64,000 bases of DNA. Origin: Eledone cirrhosa (Eukaryota). The DNA lies in NCBI GenBank assembly GCA_964016885.1, contig OZ024757.1, positions 5,332,001 to 5,396,000 on the forward strand, given 5' to 3'. A program made the position numbers and the translations under genes. Positions 23,140 through 35,700 of the stretch are shown here, in pieces. Each line of letters opens with the position of its first letter. Position 1 is the first letter of the stretch. The notes under the pieces are model-generated. The model ran no database searches. It had not been told where the DNA came from and worked only from the letters and a program-made list of their open reading frames with translations.

Positions 23140-26089
23140 CCTAATACACACTACTGCTCTAACAGGTTTTACGAGTCCCTAATACACACTACTGCTCTAA
23201 CAGACGACAAGGACTTCCTAATCATTGCAGGAGATTTTAACGGACACGTAGGTAAACACTGCGACGGCTTCAATAGAGTACATGGAGGCCATGGAGTTGG
23301 CACAAGGAATGAGGAAGGATTCAGACTTCTAGAATTCTGCGACGCCAATGACATGTCGATATGTAACACAAACTTTAAAAAACCCGACAACCACCTGATC
23401 ACCTATAGATCAGGGGAGCACTCTAGTCAGTTAGATTTTATCCTCATCAGAGGACGTGACAGATGGACGGTCGTAAACACAAAAGCCTTCCCTAGTGAGG
23501 AATGTACATCCCAACATAGCTTAGTTGTCAGCGACCTCACGGTCAGAACTAGACGAGCCCTGAAACAGAGGCCAACCTGGAGAAGAAAGATCTGGAAGCT
23601 GAAAGTCCCCTCAACCAGTAACAGATTTAAAGATATTTTACTCAACGCCTACGACAGTAAAGAAGAACAGATACAGACATTTAACGTAGAAGAGAACTGG
23701 GAGTTCCTAAAAAATAACTTACTAGAGGCGACGGATGAGGTTTGTGGCTGGAGTAAGACCTCAAGCAGGAGGAGAGTGACTTGGTGGTGGAACAATAAGG
23801 TAGATGAAGCAGTCAAGGCCAAGAGACAGGCATGGAAAGAATGGAAGAACGGGGGGAGCAGGGTACATTACATAGAGACCAAGAGGGAAGCTAGGCGACA
23901 AGTATACTTAGCTAGGAGGGAAGCAGAGGATAGAAAATTCAAGCATGTTTTACAACGTGAGGACCAGAAACAGGAGGTATTCAAGATTGCGAGGCAGTGT
24001 GTCAGAGATAGTTGTGATGTCATTGGAGAGAAGTGTATCCGGAATGATAAAGGTGAGCTTGCCCTCACAAGTGCTGAGAAGAAAGATGCATGGAAGAGTC
24101 ATTATGATAGATTACTAAATGAGGAGAATGCATGGGAAGAAGAGACCCTACCCCAGGTAGACCCTATAGAGGGACCAGCAGTACAAGTCAGCGGCAGCGT
24201 AGTAAGTAAGGCAATCAGAGATATGAAGATGGGGAAGGCAACCGGTCCATCGGGTATAGCTGCCGAGATGCTGAAGGAATCTGGGTCTGTAGGTCACACT
24301 ATAACCACACGTATCGTTAACCAGGTAATACTAGAAGGGGCCATACCAAAAGATTGGTGCAGTAGCATCATTGTCAACTGCTACAAAGGTAAAGGTGATG
24401 CACTAGATAGAGGAAACTATAGAGGTATAAAGTTGATGGACCAGGTCATGAAAGTAACAGAAAGAGTTATAGCACAGCTGATTAGGGACCGGGTGAATAT
24501 AGACGAGATGCAATTTGGGTTTGTACCAGGGAGAGGCACCACTGATGCCCTCTTCCTTGTGAGGCAATTACAGGAAAAGTACCTAGCTAAAAGTAAGCCA
24601 CTCTACTTGGCATTTGTCGACCTTGAGAAAGCCTTTGACAGAGTTCCACGTGCAGTAATCTGGTGGGCTCTTAGAAAACTAGGAGTAGATGAATGGCTTG
24701 TGAAAGCGGTACAAGCCATGTATAGGGGAGCAGTCAGCAAAGTTAGGATTAGCAATGAGTATAGCGAGGAATTTAGCGTACAGGTTGGTTTCCACCAGGG
24801 CTCTGTTCTTAGCCCTCTCCTGTTCATCATAGTCCTGCAGGCAATAACGGAGGAGTTTAAGACCGGATGCCCATGGGAACTCCTGTATGCTGATGACCTC
24901 GCACTCATAGCTGAATCTATGGTAGAACTAGAGAATAAATTCCAAACCTGGAAGCAGGGACTAGAGAGAAAGGGCCTCAAAGTCAACATGACAAAGACTA
25001 AGGTCCTTGTAAGTAGACGAGAAAACAGAACCCAGATCCCCTCAGGGAAATGGCCTTGCTCAGTATGTAGGAAAGGTGTAGGTAGGAACTCCATTCTCTG
25101 CCCCAAATGCAAACAATGGGTACACAAGAGATGTAGCGGGATCTCAGGAAGCTTAATTAAGAATGTAGGATTCACATGCAGCAGCTGTGCTGAAACAGCA
25201 AGCAAACAGCCACAGGAAACAAGTACCACCAATCTCTGGGAGGGCCCTGTAGAAACAGTAGACAGCTTCTGCTACCTAGGTGACCGAATTAGCAACGGAG
25301 GTGGGTGCACAGAAAGTACAATAACTAGGGTAAGAACGGGATGAAAGAAGTTTAGGGAACTACTACCACTGCTAGCTGCAAAAGGCTTCTCCCTCAGAAT
25401 GAAAGGCAGACTGTATGATGCCTGTATCCGAACAGCGATGTTGCATGGTAGTGAGACCTGGGCGCTGAAGGTGGAAGACTTACGTAGATTAGAGAGAAAC
25501 GAAGCCTGCATGCTCCGATGGATGTGTAACAGTAATATACGTGAACGACAAAGCATAAAGGAATTGAGAGAGAGACTGAGCATAAGAGGAATCAAATGCT
25601 GCGTGCAGGAGAGGCGGTTACGCTGGTATGGACATGTGATGCGTATGAAGGATGACAGCTGCATAAAAAGGTGCAGAGCACTAGAAGTTGATGGAAACCG
25701 CGGAGTGGGGAGACCCAAGATGACTTGGGATGAGGTGATAAAAGCCGACCTTACCCAACTACACCTCTCAAAGACAATGACACACGACCGTGACTTCTGG
25801 CGTCACGCAGTAATACAGGGTACCCGACCTCCCATGGGTACATGCTGAAGCATATAAACAATATGCCCCCACTCCCCCCACCGCAAGGTGGTCGTGGAGG
25901 TGCCATGGCAAAAAAGCACCCAGCCCACACTGTAAAGTGGACGTGTAGGCGCCACGAAAAAGCACCCAGCACTCACTGTAAATGAGGTTGGTGTTAGGAA
26001 GGGCATCCAGCTGTAGAAATCAAGCCAAATCAGTTCCCGTCCCACCCTTGCAAGCAGGGAAAAGCGGACGTAAAATGAAATGATGATGA
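23137..26089 (+). mobile_element. 5'-truncated RTE LINE (subfamily B): partial endonuclease, RT and C-terminus, one nonsense mutation
   Basis: ORF 23353-25344 plus 25399-25848 in the same frame; TGG>TGA at 25342-25344; AGDFNGH, YADD; distinct 3' UTR and (GAT)n tail. Confidence 0.95.
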
Positions 26090-26347
26090 TATATATAGTG
26101 TATAAAATAATGTCAATAATGACAATATTCTATATACATATGTACACACACACTGACAAACATGTATATACATATAGAAGGGTCAGATGACGAGTTCATA
26201 GACTGACCAAGTTACTCTCATGGAATGGGACAATGTATACACACCCATATATACTATATATATGTATACAAACACATATATATTGTATAGTGAATTCATG
26301 CAACATATGGTAATATCATGTTTTCATTTCTCAGCTAGGGAGGTACA

Positions 26348-26547
26348 NNNNNNNNNNNNNNNNNNNNNNNNNNNNNNNNNNNNNNNNNNNNNNNNNNNNN
26401 NNNNNNNNNNNNNNNNNNNNNNNNNNNNNNNNNNNNNNNNNNNNNNNNNNNNNNNNNNNNNNNNNNNNNNNNNNNNNNNNNNNNNNNNNNNNNNNNNNNN
26501 NNNNNNNNNNNNNNNNNNNNNNNNNNNNNNNNNNNNNNNNNNNNNNN
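26348..26547. other. Assembly gap (200 N)
   Basis: Run of n. Confidence 1.
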
Positions 26548-27758
26548 ACATGTCTATACCAACAGAGTCTCCTCTTCTACACACTACATCTGATTCCTCT
26601 TATACCTAGTTTCTCTCCCAGTTCATCCATACACATCACATGTCTATACCAACACAGTCTCCTCTCCTACATCTGATTCCTCTTATACCTAGTTTCTCTC
26701 TCAGTCCATCCATACACATCACATGCCTATACCAACACAGTCTCCTCTCCTACACACTACATCTGATTCCTCTTATACCTAGTTTCTCTCTCCATCCATA
26801 CACATCACATGTCTGTACCAACACAGTCTCCTCTCCTACATCTGATTCCTCTTATACCTAGTTTCTCTCCCAGTTCATCCATACACATCACATGTCTATA
26901 CCAACACAGTCTCCTCTCCTACATCTGATTCCTCTTATACCTAGTTTCTCTCTCAGTCCATCCATACACATCACATGTCTATACCAACAGAGTCTCCTCT
27001 TCTACACACTACATCTGATTCCTCTTATACCTAGTTTCTCTCTCAGTTCATCCATACACATCACATGTCTATACCAACACAGTCTCTTCTCCTATACACT
27101 ACATCTGATTCCTCTTATACCTAGTTTCTCTCTCAGTTCATCCATACACATCCCATGTCTATACCAACACAGTCTTCTCTCCTACACACTACATCTGATT
27201 CCTCTTATACCTAGTTTCTCTCTCAGTTCATCCATACACATCACATGTCTATACCAACACAGTCTCCTCTCCTACATCTGATTCCTCTTATACCTAGTTT
27301 CTCTCTCAGTTCATCCATACACATCACATGTCTATACCAACACAGTCTCTTCTCCTATACACTACATCTGATTCCTCTTATACCTAGTTTCTCTCCCAGT
27401 TCATCCATACACATCACATGTCTATACCAACACAGTCTCCTCTCCTACATCTGATTCCTCTTATACCTAGTTTCTCTCTCAGTCCATCCATACACATCAC
27501 ATGTCTATACCAACAGAGTCTCCTCTTCTACACACTACATCTGATTCCTCTTATACCTAGTTTCTCTCTCAGTCCATCCATACACATCACATGTCTATAC
27601 CAACAGAGTCTCCTCTTCTACACACTACATCTGATTCCTCTTATACCTAGTTTCTCTCTCAGTTCATCCATACACATCACATGTCTATACCAACACAGTC
27701 TCCTCTCCTACATCTGATTCCTCTTATACCTAGTTTCTCTCCCAGTTCATCCATACAC
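26548..27758. repeat. RTE-derived satellite, proximal block (about 14 monomers)
   Basis: Same 78/83/85/90-bp monomer family as 29721-64000. Confidence 0.97.
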
Positions 27759-29720
27759 TGGGGAAAAGGAGATGCCCTAGATAGGAGTAACTATAGAGGC
27801 ATTAAATTAATAGACCAGGTCATGAAGGTCACGGAAAAAGTAATAGCGCAACTAATCAGAGAGAGAATTGATCTAGATGAAATGCAGTTCGGGTTTGTGT
27901 CAGGCAAAAGTACCACAGACGCTCTTTTCATTGTACGACAACTACAGGAGAAGTACCTAGCTAAAAGTAAACCCCTATACTTAGCTTTCGTCGACTTGGA
28001 GAAAGCCTTCGACAGAGTCCCCCGTTCCATTATCTGGTGGTCTCTTAGAAAACTAGGTGTTGACGAATGGCTTGTGAGAGCTATACAAGCCATGTATAAA
28101 GAAACAGTCAGTAAGGTTAGAATTAACAACGAATATAGTGAAGAGTTTAGCGTAAAAGTTGGTGTCCATCAGGGCTCTGTTCTTAGCCCCCTACTATTTA
28201 TTATTGCCCTTCAGGCTATGACAGAGCAGTTCAAGACCGGCTGCCCATGGGAACTCCTATACGCAGATGATCTAACGCTCATAGCTGAATCAATGACCGA
28301 ACTAGAGAAGAAATTCCAAACATGGAAGCACGGCCTAGAATCAAAAGGCCTTAAAATTAACCTGGCTAAGACTAAAGTTCTAGTTTGTAGGAAAGAAAAT
28401 AAGGCGGCGGTTCCATCTGGGAAATGGCCATGCTCAGTGTGTAGGAAAGGCGTAGGTAGAAACTCCATTTTATGTCCCAAATGCAAAGTATGGGTGCATA
28501 AAAGATGTAGTGGGATCACAGGTAAGCTAACTAAGAACATAGATTTTACATGTGGCCGGTGCTCTGGTGCAATAAGTAGCAGCAAGTGCCCACAAAATAC
28601 TAGCTCCTTCAACTGCGCAGAGGGTTCTATAGAAATAGTGGACAGCTTCCGTTATCTGGGTGACAAAATCAGCAGTGATGGAGGGTGCTCTGAAAGTACA
28701 GTGGCTAGAGTCAGAACTGGATGGAAAAAGTTCAGAGAGCTTATACCACTATTAGCCGCTAGAGGGTTCTCCCTAAAAATGAAAGGCAGGTTATACGATG
28801 CCTGCATACGAACAGCAATGCTGCATGGCAGTGAGACCTGGGCATTGTGTGCAGAGGATATACGCAGACTAGAGAGGAACGAAGCTTGCATGCTCCGCTG
28901 GATGTGCAATAGTAATATACGTGAACGGCAAAGCATAAACGAACTAAGGAAAAAATTAGAAATAAGAGGGATCAGATGTTGTTTACTCGAGAGAAGGCTA
29001 CGTTGGTACGGTCACGTGATGCGCATGAAAGACGACAGCTGTATAACAAAGTGCAGGGCAATAAAGATAGACGGTAGCCACGGAGTAGGCAGACCCAGAA
29101 AAACATGGGATGAGCTGATAAATTCCGACCTCACACGCTTACACCTCTCCAAGACAATGTCACTGGACCGAGACCTTTGGCGGTACTCAGTAATAGAGAA
29201 GACCCGCCTTACCTAAATACAAAGTAAAAACCCACTACAGTCAGTAGGCGTCTGTATCAAAACACACCCCGTCCCACCACCTCCACCCCACCCACACCGC
29301 CCCTTTCAATGTAAAGTTATGTTGGTCCCACAACATCCAGGCCGAAACAAATGAGATCGTGTAGGTGTCACGACAAAAAACACACAGTCCACGCTGTAAA
29401 TGTGGCCGTGTAGGCAACACGGTAAAAACCTCCCAGCCCCACACTGTAAATGTGGTTGGTGTTAGGAAGGGCATCCAGCTGTAGAAAACCCGCCAGACAG
29501 TCCACGCTGTAATGTGGCCATGTAGGCAACACGGTAAAAACCTCCCAGCCCCACACTGTAAATGTGGTTGGTGTTAGGAAGGGCATCCAACTGTAGAAAA
29601 CCCGCCAGACAGTCCTATGCGAGCAAGACAACCACTCTTGCCTCAAGTGGGAAAACCCCCGTCCAAACCCATGCAAGCGTGGAGCACGGACGCTAAACCT
29701 GATGATGATGATGATGATGA
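27759..29720 (+). mobile_element. Young 5'-truncated RTE LINE (subfamily A) inserted in the satellite, RT ORF uninterrupted
   Basis: ORF 27681-29216 is open from GKGDALDR through YADD to the natural stop; 3' UTR and (GAT)n tail; satellite resumes almost in phase. Confidence 0.95.
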
Positions 29721-32700
29721 CATCACATGTCTATACCAACACAGTCTCCTCTCCTACATCTGATTCCTCTTATACCTAGTTTCTCTCCCAGTTCATCCAT
29801 ACACATCACATGTCTATACCAACACAGTCTCCTCTCCTACATCTGATTCCTCTTATACCTAGTTTCTCTCTCCATCCATACACATCACATGTCTATACCA
29901 ACACAGTCTCCTCTCCTACATCTGATTCCTCTTATAGCTAGTATCTCTCTCCAACCATACACATCACATGTCTATACCAACACAGTCTCCTCTCCTACAT
30001 CTGATTCCTCTTATACCTAGTTTCTCTCCCAGTTCATCCATACACATCACATGTCTATACCAACACAGTCTCCTCTCTTACATCTGATTCCTCTTATACC
30101 TAGTTTCTCTCCCAGTTCATCCATACACATCACATGTCTATACCAACACAGTCTCCTCTCCTACATCTGATTCCTCTTATACCTAGTTTCTCTCTCCATC
30201 CATACACATCACATGTCTATACCAACACAGTCTCCTCTCCTACACACTACATCTGATTCCTCTTATACCTAGTTTCTCTCTCAGTTCATCCATACACATC
30301 ACATGTCTATACCAACACAGTCTCCTCTCCTACATCTGATTCCTCTTATACCTAGTTTCTCTCCCAGTTTATCCATACACATCACATGTCTATACCAACA
30401 CAGTCTCCTCTCCTACAGCTGATTCCTCTTATACCTAGTTTCTCTCCCAGTTCATCCATACACATCACATGTCTATACCAACACAGTCTCCTCTCCTACA
30501 TCTGATTCCTCTTATACCTAGTTTCTCTCTCAGTTCATCCATACACATCACATGTCTATACCAACACAGTCTCCTCTCCTACATCTGATTCCTCTTATAC
30601 CTAGTTTCTCTCTACATCCATACACATCACATGTCTATACCAACACAGTCTCCTCTCCTACACACTACATCTGATTCCTCTTATACCTAGTTTCTCTCTC
30701 AGTTCATCTATACACATCACATGTCTATACCAACACAGTCTCCTCTCCTACATCTGATTCCTCTTATACCTAGTGTCTCTCCCAGTTCATCCATACACAT
30801 CACATGTCTATACCAACACAGTCTCCTCTCCTACATCTGATTCCTCTTATACCTAGTTTCTCTCTCAGTCCATCCATACACATCACATGTCTATACCAAC
30901 ACAGTCTCCTCTCCTACACACTACATCTGATTCCTCTTATACCTAGTTTCTCTCTCAGTTCATCCATACACATCACATGTCTATACCAACACAGTCTCCT
31001 CTCCTACACACTACATCTGATTCCTCTTATACCTAGTTTCTCTCCCAGTTCAACCATACACATCACATGTCTATACCAACACAGTCTCCTCTCCTACATC
31101 TGATTCCTCTTATACCTAGTTTCTCTCTCCATCCATACACATCACATGTCTATACCAACACAGTCTCCTCTCCTACATCTGATTCCTCTTATACCTAGTT
31201 TCCCTCTTAGTTCATCCATACACATCACATGTCTATACCAACACAGTCTCCTCTCCTACATCTGATTCCTCTTATACCTAGTTTCTCTCCCAGTTCATCC
31301 ATACACATCACATGTCTATAGCAACACAGTCTCCTCTCCTACATCTGATTCCTCTCATACCTAGTTTCTCTCCCAGTTCATCCATACACATCACATGTCT
31401 ATACCAACACAGTCTCCTCTCCTACATCTGATTCCTCTCATACCTAGTTTCTCTCCCAGTTCATCCATACACATCACATGTCTATACCAACACAGTCTCC
31501 TCTCCTACATCTGATTCCTCTTATACCTAGTTTCTCTCTCCATCCATACACATCACATGTCTATACCAACACGGTCTCCTCTCCTACACATTACATGTGA
31601 TTCCTCTTATACCTAGTTTCTCTCTCAGTTCATCCATACACATCACATGTCTATACCAACACAGTCTCCTCTCCTACATCTGATTCCTCTTATACCTAGT
31701 TTCTCTCCCAGTTCATCCATACACATCACATGTCTATACCAACACAGTCTCCTCTCCTACACACTACATCTGATTCCTCTTATACCTAGTTTCTCTCTCA
31801 GTTCATCCATACACATCACATGTCTATACCAACACAGTCTCCTCTCCTACATCTGATTCGTCTTGTACCTAGTTTCTCTCCCAGTTCATCCATACACATC
31901 ACATGTCTATACCAACACAGTCTCCTCTCCTACATCTGATTCCTCTTATACCTAGTTTCTCTCTCCATCCATACACATCACATGTCTACACCAACACAGT
32001 CTCCTCTGCTAGATCTGATTCCTCTTATAGCTAGTATCTCTCTCCAACCATACACATCACATGTCTATACCAACACAGTCTCCTCTCCTACATCTGATTC
32101 CTCTTATAGCTAGTATCTCTCTCCAACCATACACATCACATGTCTATACCAACACAGTCTCCTCTCCTACATCTGATTCCTCTTATACCTAGTTTCTCTC
32201 CCAGTTCATCCATACACGTCACATGTCTATACCAACACAGTCTCCTCTCCTACAGCTGATTCCTCTTATACCTAGTTTCTCTCTCCATCCATACACATCA
32301 CATGTCTATACCAACACAGTCTCCTCTCCTACACACTACACCTGATTCTTCTTATACCTAGTTTCTCTCTCCATCCATACACATCACATGTCTGTACCAA
32401 CACAGTCTCCTCTCCTACAGCTGATTCCTCTTATACCTAGTTTCTCTCTCAGTTCATCCCTAGACATCACATGTCTATACCAACACAGTCTCCTCTCCTA
32501 CATCTGATTCCTCTTATACCTAGTTTCTCTCTCCATCCATACACATCACATGTCTATACCAACACAATCTTCTCTCCTACATCTGATTCCTCTTATACCT
32601 AGTTTCTCTCTCAGTTCAACCATACACATCACATGTCTATACCAACACAGTCTCCTCTCCTACATCTGATTCCTCTTATACCTAGTTTCTCTCTCCATCC

Positions 32701-35700
32701 ATACACATCACATGTCTATACCAACACAGTCTCCTCTCCTACAGCTGATTCCTCTTATACCTAGTTTCTCTCTCAGTTCATCCATACACATCACATGTCT
32801 ATACCAACACAGTCTCCTCTCCTACATCTGATTCCTCTTATACCTAGTTTCTCTCCCAGTTCATCCATACACATCACATGTCTATACCAACACAGTCTCC
32901 TCTCCTACATCTGATTCCTCTTATACCTAGTTTCTCTCCCAGTTCATCCATACACATCGCATGTCTATACCAACACAGTCTCCTCTCCTACATCTGATTC
33001 CTCTTATACCTAGTTTCTCTCCCAGTTCATCCATACACATCACATGTCTATACCAACACAGTCTCCTCTCCTACACACTACATCTGATTCCTCTTATACC
33101 TAGTTTCTCTCTCAGTTCATCCATACACATCACATGTCTATACCAACACAGTCTCCTCTCCTAGATCTGATTCCTCTTATACCTAGTTTCTCTCTACATC
33201 CATACACATCACATGTCTATACCAACACAGTCTCCTCTCCTACATCTGATTCCTCTTATACCTAGTTTCTCTCTCAGTTCATCCATACACATCACATGTC
33301 TATACCAACACAGTCTCCTCTCCTACATCTGATTCCTCTTATCCCTAGTTTCTCTCTCCATCCATACACATCACATGTCTATACCAACACAGTCTCCTCT
33401 CCTACACACTACATCTGATTCCTCTTATACCTAGTTTCTCTCCCAGTTCATCCATACACATCACATGTCTATACCAACACAGTTTCCTCTCCTACACACT
33501 ACATCTGATTCCTCTTATACCTAGTTTCTCTCTTAGTTCATCCATACACATCACATGTCTATACCAACACAGTCTCCTCTCCTACACACTACATCTGATT
33601 CCTCTTAAACCTAGTTTCTCTCTCAGTTCATCCATACACATCACATGTCTATACCAACACAGTCTCCTCTCCTACATCTGATTCCTCTTATACCTAGTTT
33701 CTCTCCCAGTTCAACCATACACATCACATGTCTATACCAACACAGTCTCCTCTCCTACATCTGATTCCTCTTATACCTAGTTTCTCTCCCAGTTCATCCA
33801 TACACATCACATGTCTATACCAACACAGTCTCCTCTCCTACACACTACATGTGATTCCTCTTATAACTAGTTTCTCTCCCAGTTCATCCATACACATCCC
33901 ATGTCTATACCAACACAGTCTCCTCTCCTACATCTGATTCCTCTTATATCTAGTTTCTCTCTCAGTTCATCCATACACATCACATGTCTATACCAACACA
34001 GTCTCCTCTCCTACATCTGATTCCTCTTATACCTAGTTTCTCTCCCAGTTCATCCATACACATCACATGTCTATACCAACACAGTCTCCTCTCCTACACA
34101 CTACATGTGATTCCTCTTATAACTAGTTTCTCTCCCAGTTCATCCATACACATCACATGTCTATACCAACACAGTCTCCTCTCCTACATCTTATTCCTCT
34201 TATACCTAGTTTCTCTCTCCATCCATACACATCACACGTCTATACCAACACAGTCTCCTCTCCTACATCTGATTCCTCTTATACCTAGTTTCTCTTTCAG
34301 TTCATCCATACACATCACATTTCTATACCAACACAGTCTCCTCTCCTACATCTGATTCCTCTTATACCTAGTTTCTCTCTCAGTTCATCCATACACATCC
34401 CATGTCTATACCAACACAGTCTTCTCTCCTACACACTACATCTGATTCCTCTTATACCTAGTTTCTCTCTCAGTTCATCCATACACATCACATGTCTATA
34501 CCAACACAGTCTCTTCTCCTATACACTACATCTGATTCCTCTTATACCTAGTTTCTCTCTCAGTTCATCCATACACATCCCATGTCTATACCAACACAGT
34601 CTTCTTTCCTACACACTACATCTGATTCCTCATATACCTAGTTTCTCTCTCCATCCATACACATCACATGTCTATACCAACACAGTCTCCTCTCCTACAT
34701 CTGATTCCTCTTATACCTAGTTTCTCTCTCAGTTCATCCATACACATCACATGTCTATACCAACACAGTCTCCTCTCCGACATCTGATTCCTCTTATACC
34801 TAGTTTCTCTCTCAGTTCATCCATACACATCACATGTCTTTACCAACACAGTCTCCTCTCCTACATCTGATTCCTCTTATACCTATTTTCTCTCCCAGTT
34901 CATCCATACACATCACATGTCTATACCAACACAGTCTCCTCTCCTACATCTGATTCCTCTTATACCTAGTTTCTCTCCATCCATACACATCACATGTCTA
35001 TACCAACACAGTCTCCTCTCCTACACACTACATCTGATTCCTCTTATACCTAGTTTCTCTCTCCATCCATACACATCACATGTCTATACCAACACAGTCT
35101 CCTCTCCTACAGCTGATTCCTCTTATACCTAGTTTCTCTCCCAGTTCATCCATACACATCACATGTCTTTACCAACACAGTCTCCTCTCCTACATCTGAT
35201 TCCTCTTATACCTAGTTTCTCTCTCAGTTCATCCATACACATCACATGTCTATACCAACACAGTCTCCTCTCCTACATCTGATTCCTCTTATACCTAGTT
35301 TCTCTCCCAGTTCATCCATACACATCACATGTCTATACCAACACAGTCTCCTCTCCTACATCTGATTCCTCTTATACCTAGTTTCTCTCCCAGTTCATCC
35401 ATACACATCGCATGTCTATACCAACACAGTCTCCTCTCCTACATCTGATTCCTCTTATACCTAGTTTCTCTCCCAGTTCATCCATACACATCACATGTCT
35501 ATACCAACACAGTCTCCTCTCCTACACACTACATCTGATTCCTCTTATACCTAGTTTCTCTCTCAGTTCATCCATACACATCACATGTCTATACCAACAC
35601 AGTCTCCTCTCCTACACACTACATCTGATTCCTCTTAAACCTAGTTTCTCTCTCAGTTCATCCATACACATCACATGTCTATACCAACACAGTCTCCTCT

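Noticed and set aside
25561-26548. Adjacent subfamily B LINE as the direct seed of the satellite
   Set aside because: Only about 78% identical, in opposite orientation, and separated by an assembly gap, so adjacency is unproven
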